DNA from: Octopus vulgaris
Lineage: Eukaryota
Direction: 5' to 3'
DNA length: 64,000 bases
Assembly (NCBI GenBank): GCA_951406725.2
Contig: OX597814.1
Coordinates: forward strand, 14,012,001 to 14,076,000
Shown: piece after piece, positions 25,263 through 39,359 of the stretch
Numbering within the stretch: the first letter of the stretch is position 1
Layout of the letters: every line of letters starts with the position of its first letter
Position numbers and translations under genes: made by a program
Notes under the pieces: model-generated
Databases searched by the model: none
Told to the model about the DNA's origin: nothing
The model's input: only the letters and a program-made list of their open reading frames with translations

Positions 25263-27192
25263 TAATAAGGTTTAATAATGATTGATGCAACAGAATGAAA
25301 AAAGATCGGGTAAGTTAGCATGGCGGCATGAAATACAGATAAAACCGTTACTAGGATGTTTTATTTTTATAACATACTCCCCAACAAGGCGAGAAATCAC
25401 AAAGGAGAAATAGAAGTTCAGACGAAAAGAATGTATTACTTTTAAACTTGAAACATTTCAGATAATCAGAAGAGCGAAAACAATGAGATTTATTCATCAA
25501 AGGACAAACAACAGCATTTAGATGAAGACGCTCTGAATTTTGAATCTGGAGAAATGGCATATAGTGATGTGGAAGTAAGAGATAAATTTCAGCAGAGAAG
25601 TTCTTGTGACAATAGCAATAGAAAACATTAACACTAGCGACGTCACGTCGATATCACGAGGGCTGCAGATCTGAAGCTTGCATAACTCATAAATGTAGCA
25701 AAGATTTTGAATCTATAGTAAAGAAATGTATTATGTTCATAATTGAAGTTTCTGCTAAAACTACAAATTCTTCACAGAATAAGTGGTAATGGGCAATGCA
25801 GCGATCTGTTACATAAACAACGAAGGTAACGAACAGTAACAAAAGCAAAAATGTCACAAGAGCAAAAACAGAGGCACCACGACTTTTACAGGAAAATAAA
25901 CTCAACTACGATAGTGAGAATGTATCTCCATGAAATACTAATCTTTTTTTTAAATTTCACCACACCTAGGTGTTTATTGCTAGCATACAAGTTTGTTTTT
26001 CACAAACGCATGCTGACGTCTATTACTTTAGTAACACAATCTGCTATTCCAAATATTCCCTTCCGTTTAAGCATCCTGCTTGGAAATTCTACTACTACGC
26101 AACCTTTTGTATAATTCCCTACGATTGAATCAACTAGAATCTTTGAGTCCCATCTGGTCCAGGATATTTGCAGTTTGGCATTTTCCTAACTTGTCTTTCA
26201 GCGAATTATTTTGAAATTCTTTCCTATCTTAGTATATTAGGTTAGATATGCTGAATTTCATTCATCTATCCCACATCTTTGTTACGCTCGTTTGCAACAG
26301 CAACTCCAGAAATTTGACAAAAATAATGAGTATTCTTCAGCAGTCTGTGCAACATTCTCACAACTTTCTCCCAGCTATGTTCCAAAAGAAGATATTCTGA
26401 TTTGCAGAGAACAGAATCTCCTCTTCGTATTGCTTTTTTGTGCTTGCATAGTTACTAACCCAATTAGGTTTTAGCATGATTCGTTAGTTTACTTCCGCCA
26501 TCACTACATGCAAATCTTGCTCTTTTATTTAATATTTCATGTCCATCTCTTGTTTCTCCCTTACTTTACTCTTTCCCATATTCTTCAATGTCATGCATCT
26601 GTTTTAACTAGGTCTTTTCTGAACTGAATTATATTACATTCCAATCTTCTACTTCACCAAGCTTCCTTACATGTCGCCTTTCTGTTTACTTAATGGCTAA
26701 GCGATCAGCAGCCAGAAAACCGCAGCGCTAATGAGCTTTGTCATGACGATCATGATATTATTTTCTGCATGCTCTTTTGCTCTTTCCTCTGCTATAAAAC
26801 TTCTCTATATAGTCCACTGATTAAATTTGGCTCTTTTGAATCAAGGATCATGAAACAGATGGTCAGCTTTCGATAATAACTTTTTGAGTGTATCTCCAAA
26901 GATTTTCTATGGAAAGTATAACCAAAGGTATTCTATAGAAATTATATATAACTCTGATCTTTTACGACCTTTCGCATCCGAGACGCCTGACGTCAACAAC
27001 AATGAGATCAAAGATGAAAAGTGGGTTATGCGGGCGTATGTGACATATCTCAGGAGTTCTTGCTCCTATTTAAGAACCCATCCAACCGATTAATAATCCG
27101 TGAAATCATCACTTAAATATACACTAAATATAGCGATATAACGTTATTGAATATACCAATTTTACATATTGAAGATATTCACATACTTGTGT

Positions 27193-27244
<52 letters not shown>

Positions 27245-27255
<11 letters not shown>

Positions 27256-27878
27256 TCAACTTGTGTGTCTGTGTGTTTAACTTACCGGCGCATCTCCTCC
27301 TAGCCAACAAATCGTAGAACCACCAAAAATGGGTCACTTAAAGTTTAGGCGAATGAAAATTGAACTGCGCTATTTCTGTTCCGAAATTCATCTCGCAAGT
27401 GCAAAAATCGATAATGTGTTTGTTTAGGCCTTATAGATTATAGATTAAAGTTTGAGCATTGAAGGAGGTAACTCTAGAAAAACTATCAATGTTAGTGAGT
27501 AGGCTCCCTTGGAAGAAATAATGGCTGAGTGATAGAATGACATAAGATAACGAGGGGAATGAGAGTGGTGTGAGAGAATAGGGGAAGTAAGTTATAAAAA
27601 TGTTTAGTGAAAGGGAAACAGGCAACAAGAAACTATGGACAATCTGAGAAATACTGATCTAAAAGAATAATTCATCAATGCAATTATTTGATCAACAAAT
27701 ATTTACGGAACGCTTCTAGGTACTTCCTATTGAGAAAATGGAACACATAGGCGCAAAAATAGAGGGCATTAAATGCTTGATTTTTAAGTAATGGAATTTT
27801 GATTGAACTTCATCCAAGTTTAGCTTAATTCGCGCGTGCATAGAACGCACGAGCGCACGAGCCGGGCAATACTGCTAG
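27245..27878 (+). mobile_element. Non-autonomous Helitron-like element
   Basis: 5' TATATAAAACTCAACTTGTGTGTCTG. The 3' end has a GC-rich imperfect hairpin (27831-27867) and a terminal CTAG (27875-27878) followed by T. Confidence 0.7.
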
Positions 27879-27901
27879 TATATATATATATATATATATA
27901 T

Positions 27902-28127
27902 ATTCTTTTATTCTGTTACTTCTTTCAGTCATTTTGACTATGGCAATCCTGAAGCACTGCCTTTCAGCCGAAAGTATCGACTTCTGGAATTTTTCTTTTG
28001 TAAGTCTGGTACTTATTCTATCGGTCTCTTTTCTGGAATCACTTAAATTACGGGGACGTAAACACACCGACATCGGTTGTCAAGTGATGGTAGAGGGACA
28101 AACTCAGACGCAAAGATACAAATATAT

Positions 28128-28181
<54 letters not shown>

Positions 28182-28226
28182 TTCACAGGCTCCTTTGAAT
28201 TTCCGTCTGCCAAATCCACTCACAAG
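27902..28226 (-). mobile_element. Diverged SINE family C copy (head missing)
   Basis: Aligns to 23668-23960 and has an internal (TA)n. Confidence 0.8.
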
Positions 28227-28598
28227 GTATATATATATATAGGTAGAAAATTAATGGATGCGTGAGTCCCATAACTAATATTTTCAGGATTAAGTAAAAT
28301 ATCAACAAATTGAATATATGACACACCTATATATATATATATATATATGGGGGGTGTATGGAGGCGCAATGGCCCATTCCTGGCAAGTTCCTTGCCGGTG
28401 CCTCCTGAGTGGAAGCAATATTATCGATAATGGCCGAAATTGCGCTCGACCCTCTTGCCGATAATTAAAGAGGAGTTGGTGACGTTTTGTATATTTAGAA
28501 TATGTTCGTATGTTTGTTTACAACTCGTTTTTAATTGTATGTATATTTATGTATATAATATATATGTATATATATATGTGTATGTATATATATATATG

Positions 28599-28661
<63 letters not shown>

Positions 28662-28664
<3 letters not shown>

Positions 28665-29000
28665 AAGGCGCATGGCTCAGTGGTTAGAGCGTCGAGCTTT
28701 CGATCGTGAGGTTGTGAGCTCGAATCCCGGACCGGGCTGCGTGTTGTGTTCTTGAGCAAGACACTTTATTTCACGTTGCTCCAGTTCACTCAGCTGTAGA
28801 AATGAGTTGCGACGTCACAGGTGCCAAGCTGTATCGACCTTTGTCTTTCCCTTGGATAACACTGGTGGCGTGGAGAGGGGAGGCCGGTATGCATGGCCGA
28901 CTACTGGTCTTCCATAAAAAACAACCTTGCCCAGACTTGTGCCTCAGAGGGTAACTCTCTAGGTGCAAACCCATGGTCACTCATGACCGAAGGGGGTCTT

Positions 29001-29004
<4 letters not shown>
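28662..29004 (+). mobile_element. tRNA-derived SINE family D
   Basis: A box TGGCTCAGTGG, B box GCTCGAATCCC and core TTGAGCAAGACACTTTA. It is inserted in (TA)n, and a second copy is at 47555-47870. Confidence 0.9.
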
Positions 29005-29052
<48 letters not shown>

Positions 29053-29202
29053 TAATTCGAGACAAAACCACTATTTTGCAAAACAAGCAAGGAAAGACTT
29101 AATCAATACATAAAATTTTTTTATATAAATAAATAAATAAATAAATAAATTTAAACCTAAATCTGAATTTTCCCTGTAAATTTGGATTTATTCCCTAATA
29201 TT

Positions 29203-29243
<41 letters not shown>

Positions 29244-29319
29244 TATGTCATGTTTTCCGTTTGTTTTCCTTTTACTTAAGTCTGAAAACAAAATATATAT
29301 GTACTGGCATATCGGACTG

Positions 29320-29880
29320 TATGTATCTACATACATATAAGTTTGTGTGCCTGCATATGAGGTGGGTGAAAGGGTGCATGAGTGTAAGTGTGTATGTGGG
29401 GGGAGAGTATATGTGTGTGCATGTGTGTGCACGCGCGCCTACACATCGCTGTATCTATGCATATGTGTGTGTGGCGGTATAAGTATATATTATATGTGTG
29501 GGTGTGTGTGTGGCTATAAGAGTATGCGTGTGTTTCTGGCTATGTATGTGCCTGTGTGTGTGTATCTACACACACATGTATATAGGTTTGTGCGTCTGTA
29601 TATGTGCGTTTACACGTGTTGGTCTGTCTATACCTGTGTGTGTAGATATATATGTACATGTGCGTGCGCGTGCGCACGAGTGTAACTGCGTGTGCGCGTG
29701 AGTATGAGTGTTCATACCTGTCTGTACGTGAGTGATTGGTTGCCTGTGCCTAATGACTGGATAACCTATGTCTGTTAGTATGTATTATGTGCATACCTTT
29801 GTATGCGTGAATGTACAGAGGCGTGCGCGCAAACGTATACATATAAATATGTGTCTCTCTGTCTGTGCATGTGTGTAAAC
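29320..29880. repeat. Degenerate (TG/TA)n low-complexity tract
   Basis: Read directly from the sequence. Confidence 0.8.
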
Positions 29881-30464
29881 TTAAGCAGCCACAAGGTCTA
29901 AAGAATTGAATCTAAGAACGGTGATATACTTGACTGCTCAAGCCAGACATCAATAGCTTACGTATGCTGGAACCGCTTTTTATAATGCACCTCATACGCT
30001 AAATATTTGTAACTTCTTTTTGTTTTGTTTTTTATATTTTAGCAATGACTTCTTGGCTACAAATACAAATATCCCCACTCCGAAACTTGTTAGATGCTTT
30101 GTATTGGTTTTCTACTATTTTCTTCCTCACCAAATCTTTCTCACTGTAAGAAATGGATCTGAAATGCTATAATTTCTCACCAACACCATATATCTTGAAG
30201 CTAAAATCGAAACGTAAATCTATAAAATTGTGAATTATCTTATTTTCCTCGGAAATACCGAAAATATTTTCATCATTTATTTATTTATTTATTTTATGTA
30301 CAAATTAGTATAGGTAAGAAGTAATCGTAATTTTTATAATTTATAATATAATCATAATTTTATAATAAAATTGTTTAATATCGGCGTAATTTGGATAAAG
30401 AGGAGATTTTTTACATGACTTTAGTAAATTTCTATGATGATAATATGATTATGTTATAATAATA

Positions 30465-31910
30465 CTAGCATTATGACCCGTCGTTGCCGGGTCATAGTTC
30501 TAGTGCATGTATATATGTGCATATATATGTGTACATATTACATGTACATCAATATATATATACATCTACACATAAAATACAAAATACAACGTTATATCTT
30601 GATATCGCTAGTGATAACAATACTCAAAATATATAACAGACTGGAATTGTAGTACCGTCTCTTGCAATTTCGATCAATTGTAGCTTGTCATCTCTCTTGT
30701 ATAGAAGTGTGGCTACAATCCAGCCTACCTCTACTTCTGTGGGGGGGGGGCACCAAGACACTTTTCGATGGTGCTTTCCTCCAGGTATTCAAATCATTTT
30801 TTTCTCTACATTGTATACTTTATGGACAATAGTTTTTTCCTTAATTTTATTTTTTATTTTTTTAGTGGTGTTATCCTAGATTCACCGTCTTTGTCAGTGA
30901 TCAATCCGAAATAGGTTTGTATTTCTTCTATTTTAATTTTAATGAGTTCGCGCCCGCCGACGGCTGCAGCGAAATTCATTTTTGGACTTTCCTCTATCGA
31001 AGGCATTTTAACAAAAATGCTTCCGTATAAAAGGTGAAACTATTGTTAATTTCCCTAAACAGGGACACAATTCAATTTTTAAACAATAACCAAGGCTCCT
31101 TCTCCCAAACGGGGAGGGTTACAGTTTACAATTATTTAACAAATGCAACACAACAATGTTTCTCTTACGAGGAACCAACACACGTGATAACAATATTTAA
31201 ATAGTAATAATAATAACAACAAACCTTACGGTGAATCAAAAAGCAGTACTCAGTTGAAGCTATAGTCCTTTATGGATAAGAAATAAACCAACAGCAGTAC
31301 TCGGTAGAAGCTGCTGTTCAAGAAAACAGACGTTACATACAGCCAAACTTCATATAGATACTTAATGCTAGCTAATTAGCAGATAATCTAATGTAAAAGC
31401 CGTGGTAAAGGGTATGTGCACAGCTCCATCTGGAATATTCCATTTCTGCACTTTAATTTTATATTTAATTTATTCCCATTCATGTGAAACTACTTATTCA
31501 AGTTCAAGTCATTGATGCAATTCTATACCAATTGCTATTTTTAGTTTTAATTGTTATGTTACGATTTAATTATTATATTATATTTTAGTTTGATTTTAAT
31601 CATTACTTACTACATATAATTCAATTATTATCTCTAATTGTTATTGTTAAAGTGAAATTATCTGACATAAAATAGAGAGATGTTTTTGTTTCAATTTTAA
31701 AACGTAATACTGAAATTGTGGAGAAGATATGATATTGCTATGGGCTCGCTCTAGGCAAAAAGTTGAACATTCGTTTGCCCATGACACTACATGGACCCTA
31801 AATAAGGCATGTGTAAAATTTGAATGAAATTAGTTGTGCAGTTCTCAAGTTTTAGGGAAACACACAAACAGACAGATAGACAGACACACATTCTGAGTTT
31901 CATATATATA
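30465..31910 (-). mobile_element. Non-autonomous Helitron-like element (~1.45 kb)
   Basis: Terminal CTAG at 30465-30468 with hairpin TATGACCCG-tcgttgc-CGGGTCATA (30472-30496). The opposite end has the (TGTC)n/TATATA..AAACTCAG start also seen at 27245. Confidence 0.7.
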
Positions 31911-32119
31911 TATGTGTTTACGGTTTTCGTTATTTCGAAATTATTTTCTTAATAGGAGGCTCTTTTGCAAGTTGCCTTGCATCTGGTGATATATCGTTCC
32001 ACGCCCACTAGACAGCAGTGCAGTATGAATCCAAAACAAATGTTATATATATGGTTCTTGTTACGCTCCCTCTTCCATATTCGTTTCTTTAGGCACAAGG
32101 TCCAAAATTCCGGGGGAAA

Positions 32120-32341
32120 TTTGGCAGAAACGTTAACACGCCGGGCGAAATGAACAGCCGTATTTCGTCTGTCGTAACGTTCTGAGTTCAAATTCCGCTG
32201 AGGTCGACTTTGCCTTTCATCCTTTCGGAGTCGATAAATTAAGTACCAGTTACGCACTGGGTCGATGTAATCGACTTAATCCGTTTGTCTGTCCTTGTTC
32301 GTCCTTTCTGTAATTAGCCCCTTGTGGGTAGTAAAGAAATA
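32120..32341 (+). mobile_element. SINE family B
   Basis: Same sequence as 8555-8780, on the plus strand. Confidence 0.9.
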
Positions 32342-32506
32342 GTATATATGCTTCGGTTATTATCAAGAGGAAGGCTATGAGGGAGGAGAAGGAGAAGGGT
32401 GAGGAGGAGGAAAAGCGAGTTAAAGAAGACGAAAGTGAAAGAGAAGTTCAAGAGGGAGAGGAGGAATGTGTATATGTATATGTATGTGTGTATATATATA
32501 TGTATA

Positions 32507-32540
<34 letters not shown>

Positions 32541-32743
32541 CATATATATATACATATATATATATACATATATATAAACATATATATATATATATGGGGC
32601 GTATGAATGCCTGGATGTGCGTATGTTATTGGTTGCATGGGAGTAGATGTGAGTATGTATGCATGTACGTGTGAGTGATCGTGTGTATGTGAGCATGAAT
32701 ATAATTGTGTTTGCGTTTATATGCTTCGGCTATTAATATATGC

Positions 32744-32780
<37 letters not shown>

Positions 32781-33444
32781 TAAACTTTACGTGCATAAGA
32801 GTATACGTGTGTTCGTACGCGACTTTTGCTCACGCTTGGCGATCGCTTGGTAATTCATTTGTCATATATCATTCTAATCACTCGAAACCGAACTATTATT
32901 ATAGAAATGTTCCTGTTTCGCTGTCTCCCCAATTCCCATTTTTGTTATCTCATTCTCCAGAATGAGTTCCTTTCTATATTAGCATATTTTATGCATTTCT
33001 TTTATAGATATAACATCGTAAGTCGTTGTACGCACGTTGCGGAGATGATATTTTTGTTTATGATGAACTGAATGTTGATTGGGTTTAATCTTTCAGTCCG
33101 TATTGATTGGCATGTCCCAGAAGTAAGGTCAATTTGTCAATCTCTCGAACCTTTATTTCTAGTGTATGCATGCTGATGTGTAATGACTTCATTATTTGCA
33201 ATAAATGAAAATTTCAACGATGCCGTGCTTGTAATTATGTACATATACATAGATACAGTCATAATCGTATGTACGAAAATATACATACACACACACATAT
33301 GTGTATATAAATATATATATACACACACACACATATATATATATAAAGAGACAGAGAGAGAGATATAGATAGATACACTACATACATGAATATGTACATA
33401 TATATACACACACACACACACACGCACACACACACACACGCACG

Positions 33445-33476
<32 letters not shown>

Positions 33477-33659
33477 CATACACACATATATACGTGTATA
33501 CGTATGTAAATCTATAAATACATATATGTGTATTTTTATATTTGAAAATATACAAACATACACACATGCAAGCATAAGAGAATAAAATACACATAAACAC
33601 ACACACACACACACTCAAGCACATACATGTATACATACCCAGCCCTAAGTGGATCATTT

Positions 33660-35625
33660 TTGCCACGTTGTCCTGGGGTCATTTGTATTCGCTAATGATG
33701 TGCCATACGGTTTTACCTCTCTCGCCACACATTTTGCTTTTGTCGCAATCGATAGTATTGTCTTTTCTGCATTTCATATAGCTGGCCCCTAACGCTTGTT
33801 CATGTGTTCCGCATATGAGTGTTTCTCTCTCTATCGTTAAGTAAGCCCTACTCATCCATAGCCGCCAACGATTTGTATCTGTCTTCGCGTTCACATCTCT
33901 TGAAAACTGAACGTACATTTTTTTTCCTTCCATGATTTTTCTTTACTTTTTCCTTTGTTCATTTCTTCTTTAAATCTTTCATTAGTTACATACTTTTCAG
34001 TTTTGATGACGCCGGCTTTCGTCGTGTGTTTCAACAGTGGATCGAAAGCTTTTTTTTTATGTACGACCCTTTTGCTCTGTTTTGACAGAGTCCTCGCAAC
34101 TGATCAAACCTCTCCTAACCTTTCTACTGGACAAGTACAGCCTATTGGTGTCACTGATATGGTGGAAGGCTCCGAGTAATGTAAAAATTATCTCATTTAC
34201 CATTTTGTAATTCCCGCTCCGCTGTTGATCATTTCTAGGGCACCTACAATAACAGAGATACTTTTGATTTTTATTCACCGCATTGTCATATGAATTGACA
34301 GGTAATTTTTTTTGTCTAGTCTATTAGCATTTATTTGCCAATTTGTATGTATCCTCTAATCCTATCGGATGATAGCATTCTCTCCTTTAGTGACTGGCTC
34401 TGGGTAGTGTCCATACCAGTTCTTAGGGTGCTGGATATCATAGTAACGGCATATTCTCTAGTGCAAGTACTGACCAACTCGATCATGCCTGGTTTAATAT
34501 TCTGTGGGGATAAGGACTAAGCAACCAGCAACAATGTGGTCAATATTCTCAAGTTTGTCATTGCAGAGTTTACACGTTGTGTGTACCTCTTCGTGTAGAA
34601 CATTAGTTTGATAGATCCAAGTGTGGAGAATCAGAACTTATGCCGCAAGTATAAATCCTTCTGTTTCGGCTTTCAAACCTGCATTCTGCATTCACTGATG
34701 TGTTCTTCTCATATCTACACCAGCTTCGAAATGTCGTTTGGTGTATTGATATAATTAGGCTTTAGCCTAATTGGTATAATTAGGCGGCGAGCTGGCAGAA
34801 GCGTTAGCACACCGGGCGAAATGCTTTGCGGTATTTCGTCTGCCCCTACGTTCTGAGTCCAAATTCCGCCGAGGTCTACGTTGCCTTTCATCCTTTCGGG
34901 GTCGATAAATTAAGTACCAGTTACGCACTGGGGTCGATGTAATCTACTTAATCCGTTTGTCTATCCTTGTTTGTCCCCTCTGTGTTTAGCCCCTTGTGGG
35001 CAGTAAAGAAATAGGTATAAGTAGGATTAATCAAGTCTCTATTCGGTAATTCTTTCCCTGATAGGGACTGTACTTTGCCTCTTTTTAGGTAGATTATTCC
35101 GCACTTCTTTGAGTCCCAATTCTATTCTTGTATTTGTACTAAAACAGCGGATCATGTTCACCAAAGAACTTACTTATGCCTCATCTTTTCCATACAGTTT
35201 CAAATAATCCATGAAGTGGCGGTGGTTGATTGTTTGAGATTTTTCTTTTAGTTTGTACCCAAATTAATTTTCCTAAGTACCTAGGTAAGGGGTAACATGA
35301 GGTGGACGAAAAGCAACGGAGATAGGCTATCACCCTGGAAACACCCTCTGATATCCAAGGTGCCGAAGCTTTTTCAGTAAGATGTTAGTTCAGTTTTCCA
35401 GTCCACCATTCTTCTCTTCGTGAAGGACTTAACATTCCTCGCAATTCAAAACAGATCTAAACACTCGATGATCTACGAATGTGGAATCATATGTAATAAG
35501 CTTTGCGATAGTCAATCCAGGCCATTCCCAGATTTGTTCTCCCTCGTTTATATTCTTGCATTACCATTTTGTCTATAAATAGTTGATCGTTGGTACCTCT
35601 GCATCTCCTTCTACGGCATTTGTTT
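33660..35625 (-). pseudogene. Decayed, nested R4/Dong-like LINE fragments
   Basis: DQLFIDKMV..AWIDYRKAY and [11 protein letters not shown] (35.3-35.6 kb). GLKAETEGFILAA..CKLC..IDHIVAGC (34.5-34.7 kb). DTNRLYL..RGL and EQAL..MCGERGKTVWHIISE (33.7-34.2 kb). Confidence 0.85.
34783..35012 (+). mobile_element. SINE family B, full length
   Basis: Head GGCGGCGAGCTGGCAGAA and a probable TSD GGTATAA(T/G)TAGG. Confidence 0.9.
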
Positions 35626-35632
35626 TCTTTCG

Positions 35633-36357
35633 GTGGTAGTATATCTGAAGCATACCACAGAAAGCCTGATCATTGCTGCAAAAGGCCAGGCTCTCGCTAC
35701 CAATTCAGTGAAGTATGACATCTATAAAACTTCTGACACCCAGAAGTGCAGACTCTGTGGAAAGAGTGTGGAAAGTGCGACCCATTTGGCAAGTGGATGT
35801 GAGAGCTTTGCACAAAAAATACAAGCGACGCCGCGATAAAGTGTGAGTGTATCTTCATTGGTGCTTATGCCTTAAATAGCATTATGAAGTAACAGAGAAC
35901 TGGTATGAGCATGTACCAAGTAAAGTTATGCAGGATGATAAAAAAGTAACGATACTCTGGAACCATGATTTTCTGACGGATCATATAATCGAACACTGTC
36001 GGATGGATATTGTCATACTGAATAAATAAAAGAGAAAATACTGTCAGATCATTGATGTAGCCATACCAAAAGGCATGAATGTTGTTTGTAAGGAGTTTGA
36101 AAAAAGCACCATGTACTCCAAACTGAAAGTGGAAATGGCATGGAATGTATGGAATGCGAGAGGATAATGTAAAAGCCTTTGATCGGGGCGTTGCGCTCAA
36201 TCGCATTGAATCTTCAAGACTTCTTAAGATAGCTGGAAATACCATGCAGGATTGATGTCTTGCAAAAAGCAGTCTTATTGGGCACAGCGCACATTTTAAG
36301 GAAAGTATTATCTGTCTGAGAACCTTGTATTTTTACCTACACTGTGTTACGAAGGAA
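35633..36357 (+). pseudogene. R4/Dong-like LINE 3' part (CCHC plus RLE), frameshifted
   Basis: [57 protein letters not shown], ending in (TAA)n. Confidence 0.85.
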
Positions 36358-36362
36358 TAATG

Positions 36363-36396
<34 letters not shown>

Positions 36397-36599
36397 GTAG
36401 AAGAAGAAGAAGAAGAAGAAGAAGAAGAAGAAGAAGAAGAAGAAGAAGAAGAAGAAGAAGAAGAAATCTCATCTAGGTCGTCCCATAGGACACCCCATAT
36501 CAATAAAAGTTAAAGTAGTAATAAAAGAAATAGAAAAAAAAGAGAAAGAACATTATGATTACCAACATTGCATGCTCCTGTGACAACAGAATCAATGTG

Positions 36600-36905
36600 A
36601 AAGAAAAAAAAACAACTATGACGTTTTAAAGTAGGAAATACGTAGATTGTAGTCAATGAAGAGAATAGAGGTGATACCAAAAATAATTGCTGCATTTGGA
36701 ATTATCAGTATTCAACTACCAACATGGCGGGAAAAGATCGGTGCTAGTGTGAAGGTAGAACATCTACAAAAATAATCATTGCTTGGAACTGCAAGATTTC
36801 TTCGCAGGATTTTTAAAGCATGACCTGTAAAGTGTTACCTTAGTCTGCTGGCTGTGTACAGCTGACACTTTTCATCATACACAGCAAAATAAACCGTGAG
36901 TTTTC

Positions 36906-36908
<3 letters not shown>
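36600..36908 (+). mobile_element. R4/Dong-like LINE 3' end, another subfamily
   Basis: VEHLQKIIIAWNC/LGTARFLRRI-like C-terminus and a 3' UTR ending in (TAA)n. Confidence 0.65.
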
Positions 36909-36959
<51 letters not shown>

Positions 36960-36963
36960 TAAC

Positions 36964-37017
<54 letters not shown>

Positions 37018-37018
<1 letters not shown>

Positions 37019-39314
37019 TTCCTGCTTCCAAAAAGTGAAGAAACAAATGAACAAAAAACTATAGACCCATAACCTGCTTAACAACTATGTATAAAACACT
37101 AACATCTGTCCTGACGGAATATGCCTGTAGTTTTTTGACAGACAGCAGCATATTCCCTAATGAACAGAAAGGATGTAAACGTGGATCCTACGGTTGTAAA
37201 GATCAACTACTCATCAATAAGATGATCTTAGGAGATTGTCACAAACGACACAAAAACTTATCAATAGCCTGGATAGACTATAAAAAGGCTTTTGATAGCC
37301 TACCACATAGCTGGATTAGGAAATGCCTGGAAATGTATAAGATAGCACCTACTCTGCGAAACTTCTTGACTGTAAGTATGAGATCATGGAGAACCACACT
37401 AACTCTGAACAGTGACAATGAATCCCTAAATGCTGGTGATGTAAAAATTTCATGTGGCATTTTCCAGGGTGACTGACTATCACCACTCCTCTTCTGTTTA
37501 GCCTTAATACCTCTCTCGAAACTGCTCAATGACGCGCAGTACGGATATAAAATGTTTGATAAAAATATAAACATCTCATTTACGTGGATGCTTTAAAGCT
37601 CTTTGTAAAAAATGACCAACAACTCAAGGGCTTACTAGCGATTGTCAAACAATTCAGTGATGACATCAGAATGCAATTTGGCCTCGATAAATGTGAAAAA
37701 GCTACCTTTATCAGAGGAAGAATGACAGAAACATCTAACGTTAACCTTGACCAGCAGAATGTAATAAAAGAATTAGACCCAGCGGAGAACTACAAGTATC
37801 TAGGAGTAATTGAAGGAGACGGAATAAGGCATTCAGAGATGAAGGAAAGGATCATGAGAGAATGTTATCGCAGAGTAAGAGCAATACTCAAGACAGAGCT
37901 GAATGCGAGAAACAGGATCGAAGCGATCAATGCATTTGTCGTACAAGTCATGACTTACAGTTTCAATATCGTTAACTGGTCAATTACTGAAATATGTAAT
38001 CTTGACAGAAAAATACGAAAACTGTTGACAATGCATAGAATGCACCACCCTAAGGCAGATACAGAACGACTTTATCTGCCAAGAAAAGAGGGACACCGTA
38101 GACTTTTACAACTGGCAATAACAATGAAGATTGCTACAATTGGCCTAGACACCTACCTGAAAATCTCGGAGGACTGGATGTTAAAACTTGTCTCAAAACA
38201 TGGAAACAAGAAAGCATCATACTCAGTCACAAAACAGGCAAAGGAATATCTAAGTGAATTCCGAATACAACAAATTTCGGAATTAGAGATAGACATACAA
38301 GAAACAGGCACAGAAAAAGCTAAGCGCATGAAAATCCGTGCTAAATCTGCGGCCTTAGATATTCTGAATGATAAATGGCAAGAAAAACCTCTCTATGGCA
38401 AATACCCAAAGAGAGCGAATAATGCAGATGTTGAGAAAGCCCTGACCCATCAACGGCTAATGGCCTCTGGCTTAAAATCTGAAACAGAGGGGTTTATCAT
38501 AGCAGCTCAAGATCAATGCCTACCAACAAGAAACTACCAGGCCAACATATTAAAGATCGGCAGAAGCCCAACGTGTCGTGTATGCCAGCAACAAAATGAA
38601 ACCATTCATCATGTTGTCTCCAAGTGCAGTCTTCTAGCGACTACAGAGTATCTCAACAGGCACGATAGAGCTGCACAATATATTCTCTGGGTAATCTGCA
38701 AAACCCTGGATTTGCCCCATGAAAAAAACTGGTGGGAACACAAACCACCCCCAGTGCTTGAAAATGACCAGATCTCACTCCTCTGGAACTTCACCATTCA
38801 AACAGACAGAAAGATAGATGCAAATAAGCCAGACATCATATTGAAAGACTTCAAACAAAGAACATGCCTCCTCATTGATATGACTGTCCCAATCGATATA
38901 AACGTATCTGTCAAGACCAACCAAAACCTGAGCAAATATAAAGATCTTGAAATAGAAATCAGCAAAATGTGGAACCTGAAGACTAAAACAATACCTGTTG
39001 TCATAGGTACCCTGGGAATGATAGCAAAAGGGGCTGATAGCTACCTAACTCAGATACCAGGAAACCCCAAAATGGCAGAAATTCAAAAGATAGTGCTCAT
39101 GGCAACTGCTCATATCCTACGCAAAATACTTTCTATGTAATCCCAAGGTTTAAAACAAATTTTTTATTAGACATACACTAGTACATCACAAAAAAACAAC
39201 CAAATATGTGGCACACTAGGCATAACAACAACGTGAACTTCCAACCTGTTGTCTCTTGAGGTCTCCGGGTGAGACTTGGAGCCAACTTGTACAAATATAA
39301 AGCAACAGTCAAAC

Positions 39315-39318
<4 letters not shown>
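37018..39318 (+). mobile_element. 5'-truncated R4/Dong-clade RLE LINE, copy 1 (inactivated)
   Basis: Order is RT, CCHC, RHD, then PD..D..K. It has a stop at 37474, a frameshift near 37570, and YMDD mutated to YVDA. (TAA)n lies on both sides. Confidence 0.95.
37584..39140 (+). pseudogene. RT C-terminus, Zn knuckle and RLE ORF remnant of copy 1
   Basis: 518-aa ORF nearly identical to the copy 2 protein. Confidence 0.9.

Positions 39319-39359
<41 letters not shown>

Noticed and set aside
35040-36357. Twin-priming 5' inversion of a single LINE at ~35630
   Set aside because: The minus-strand fragments extend through the same Zn-finger region as the plus-strand piece with a different sequence, so separate insertions are more likely.
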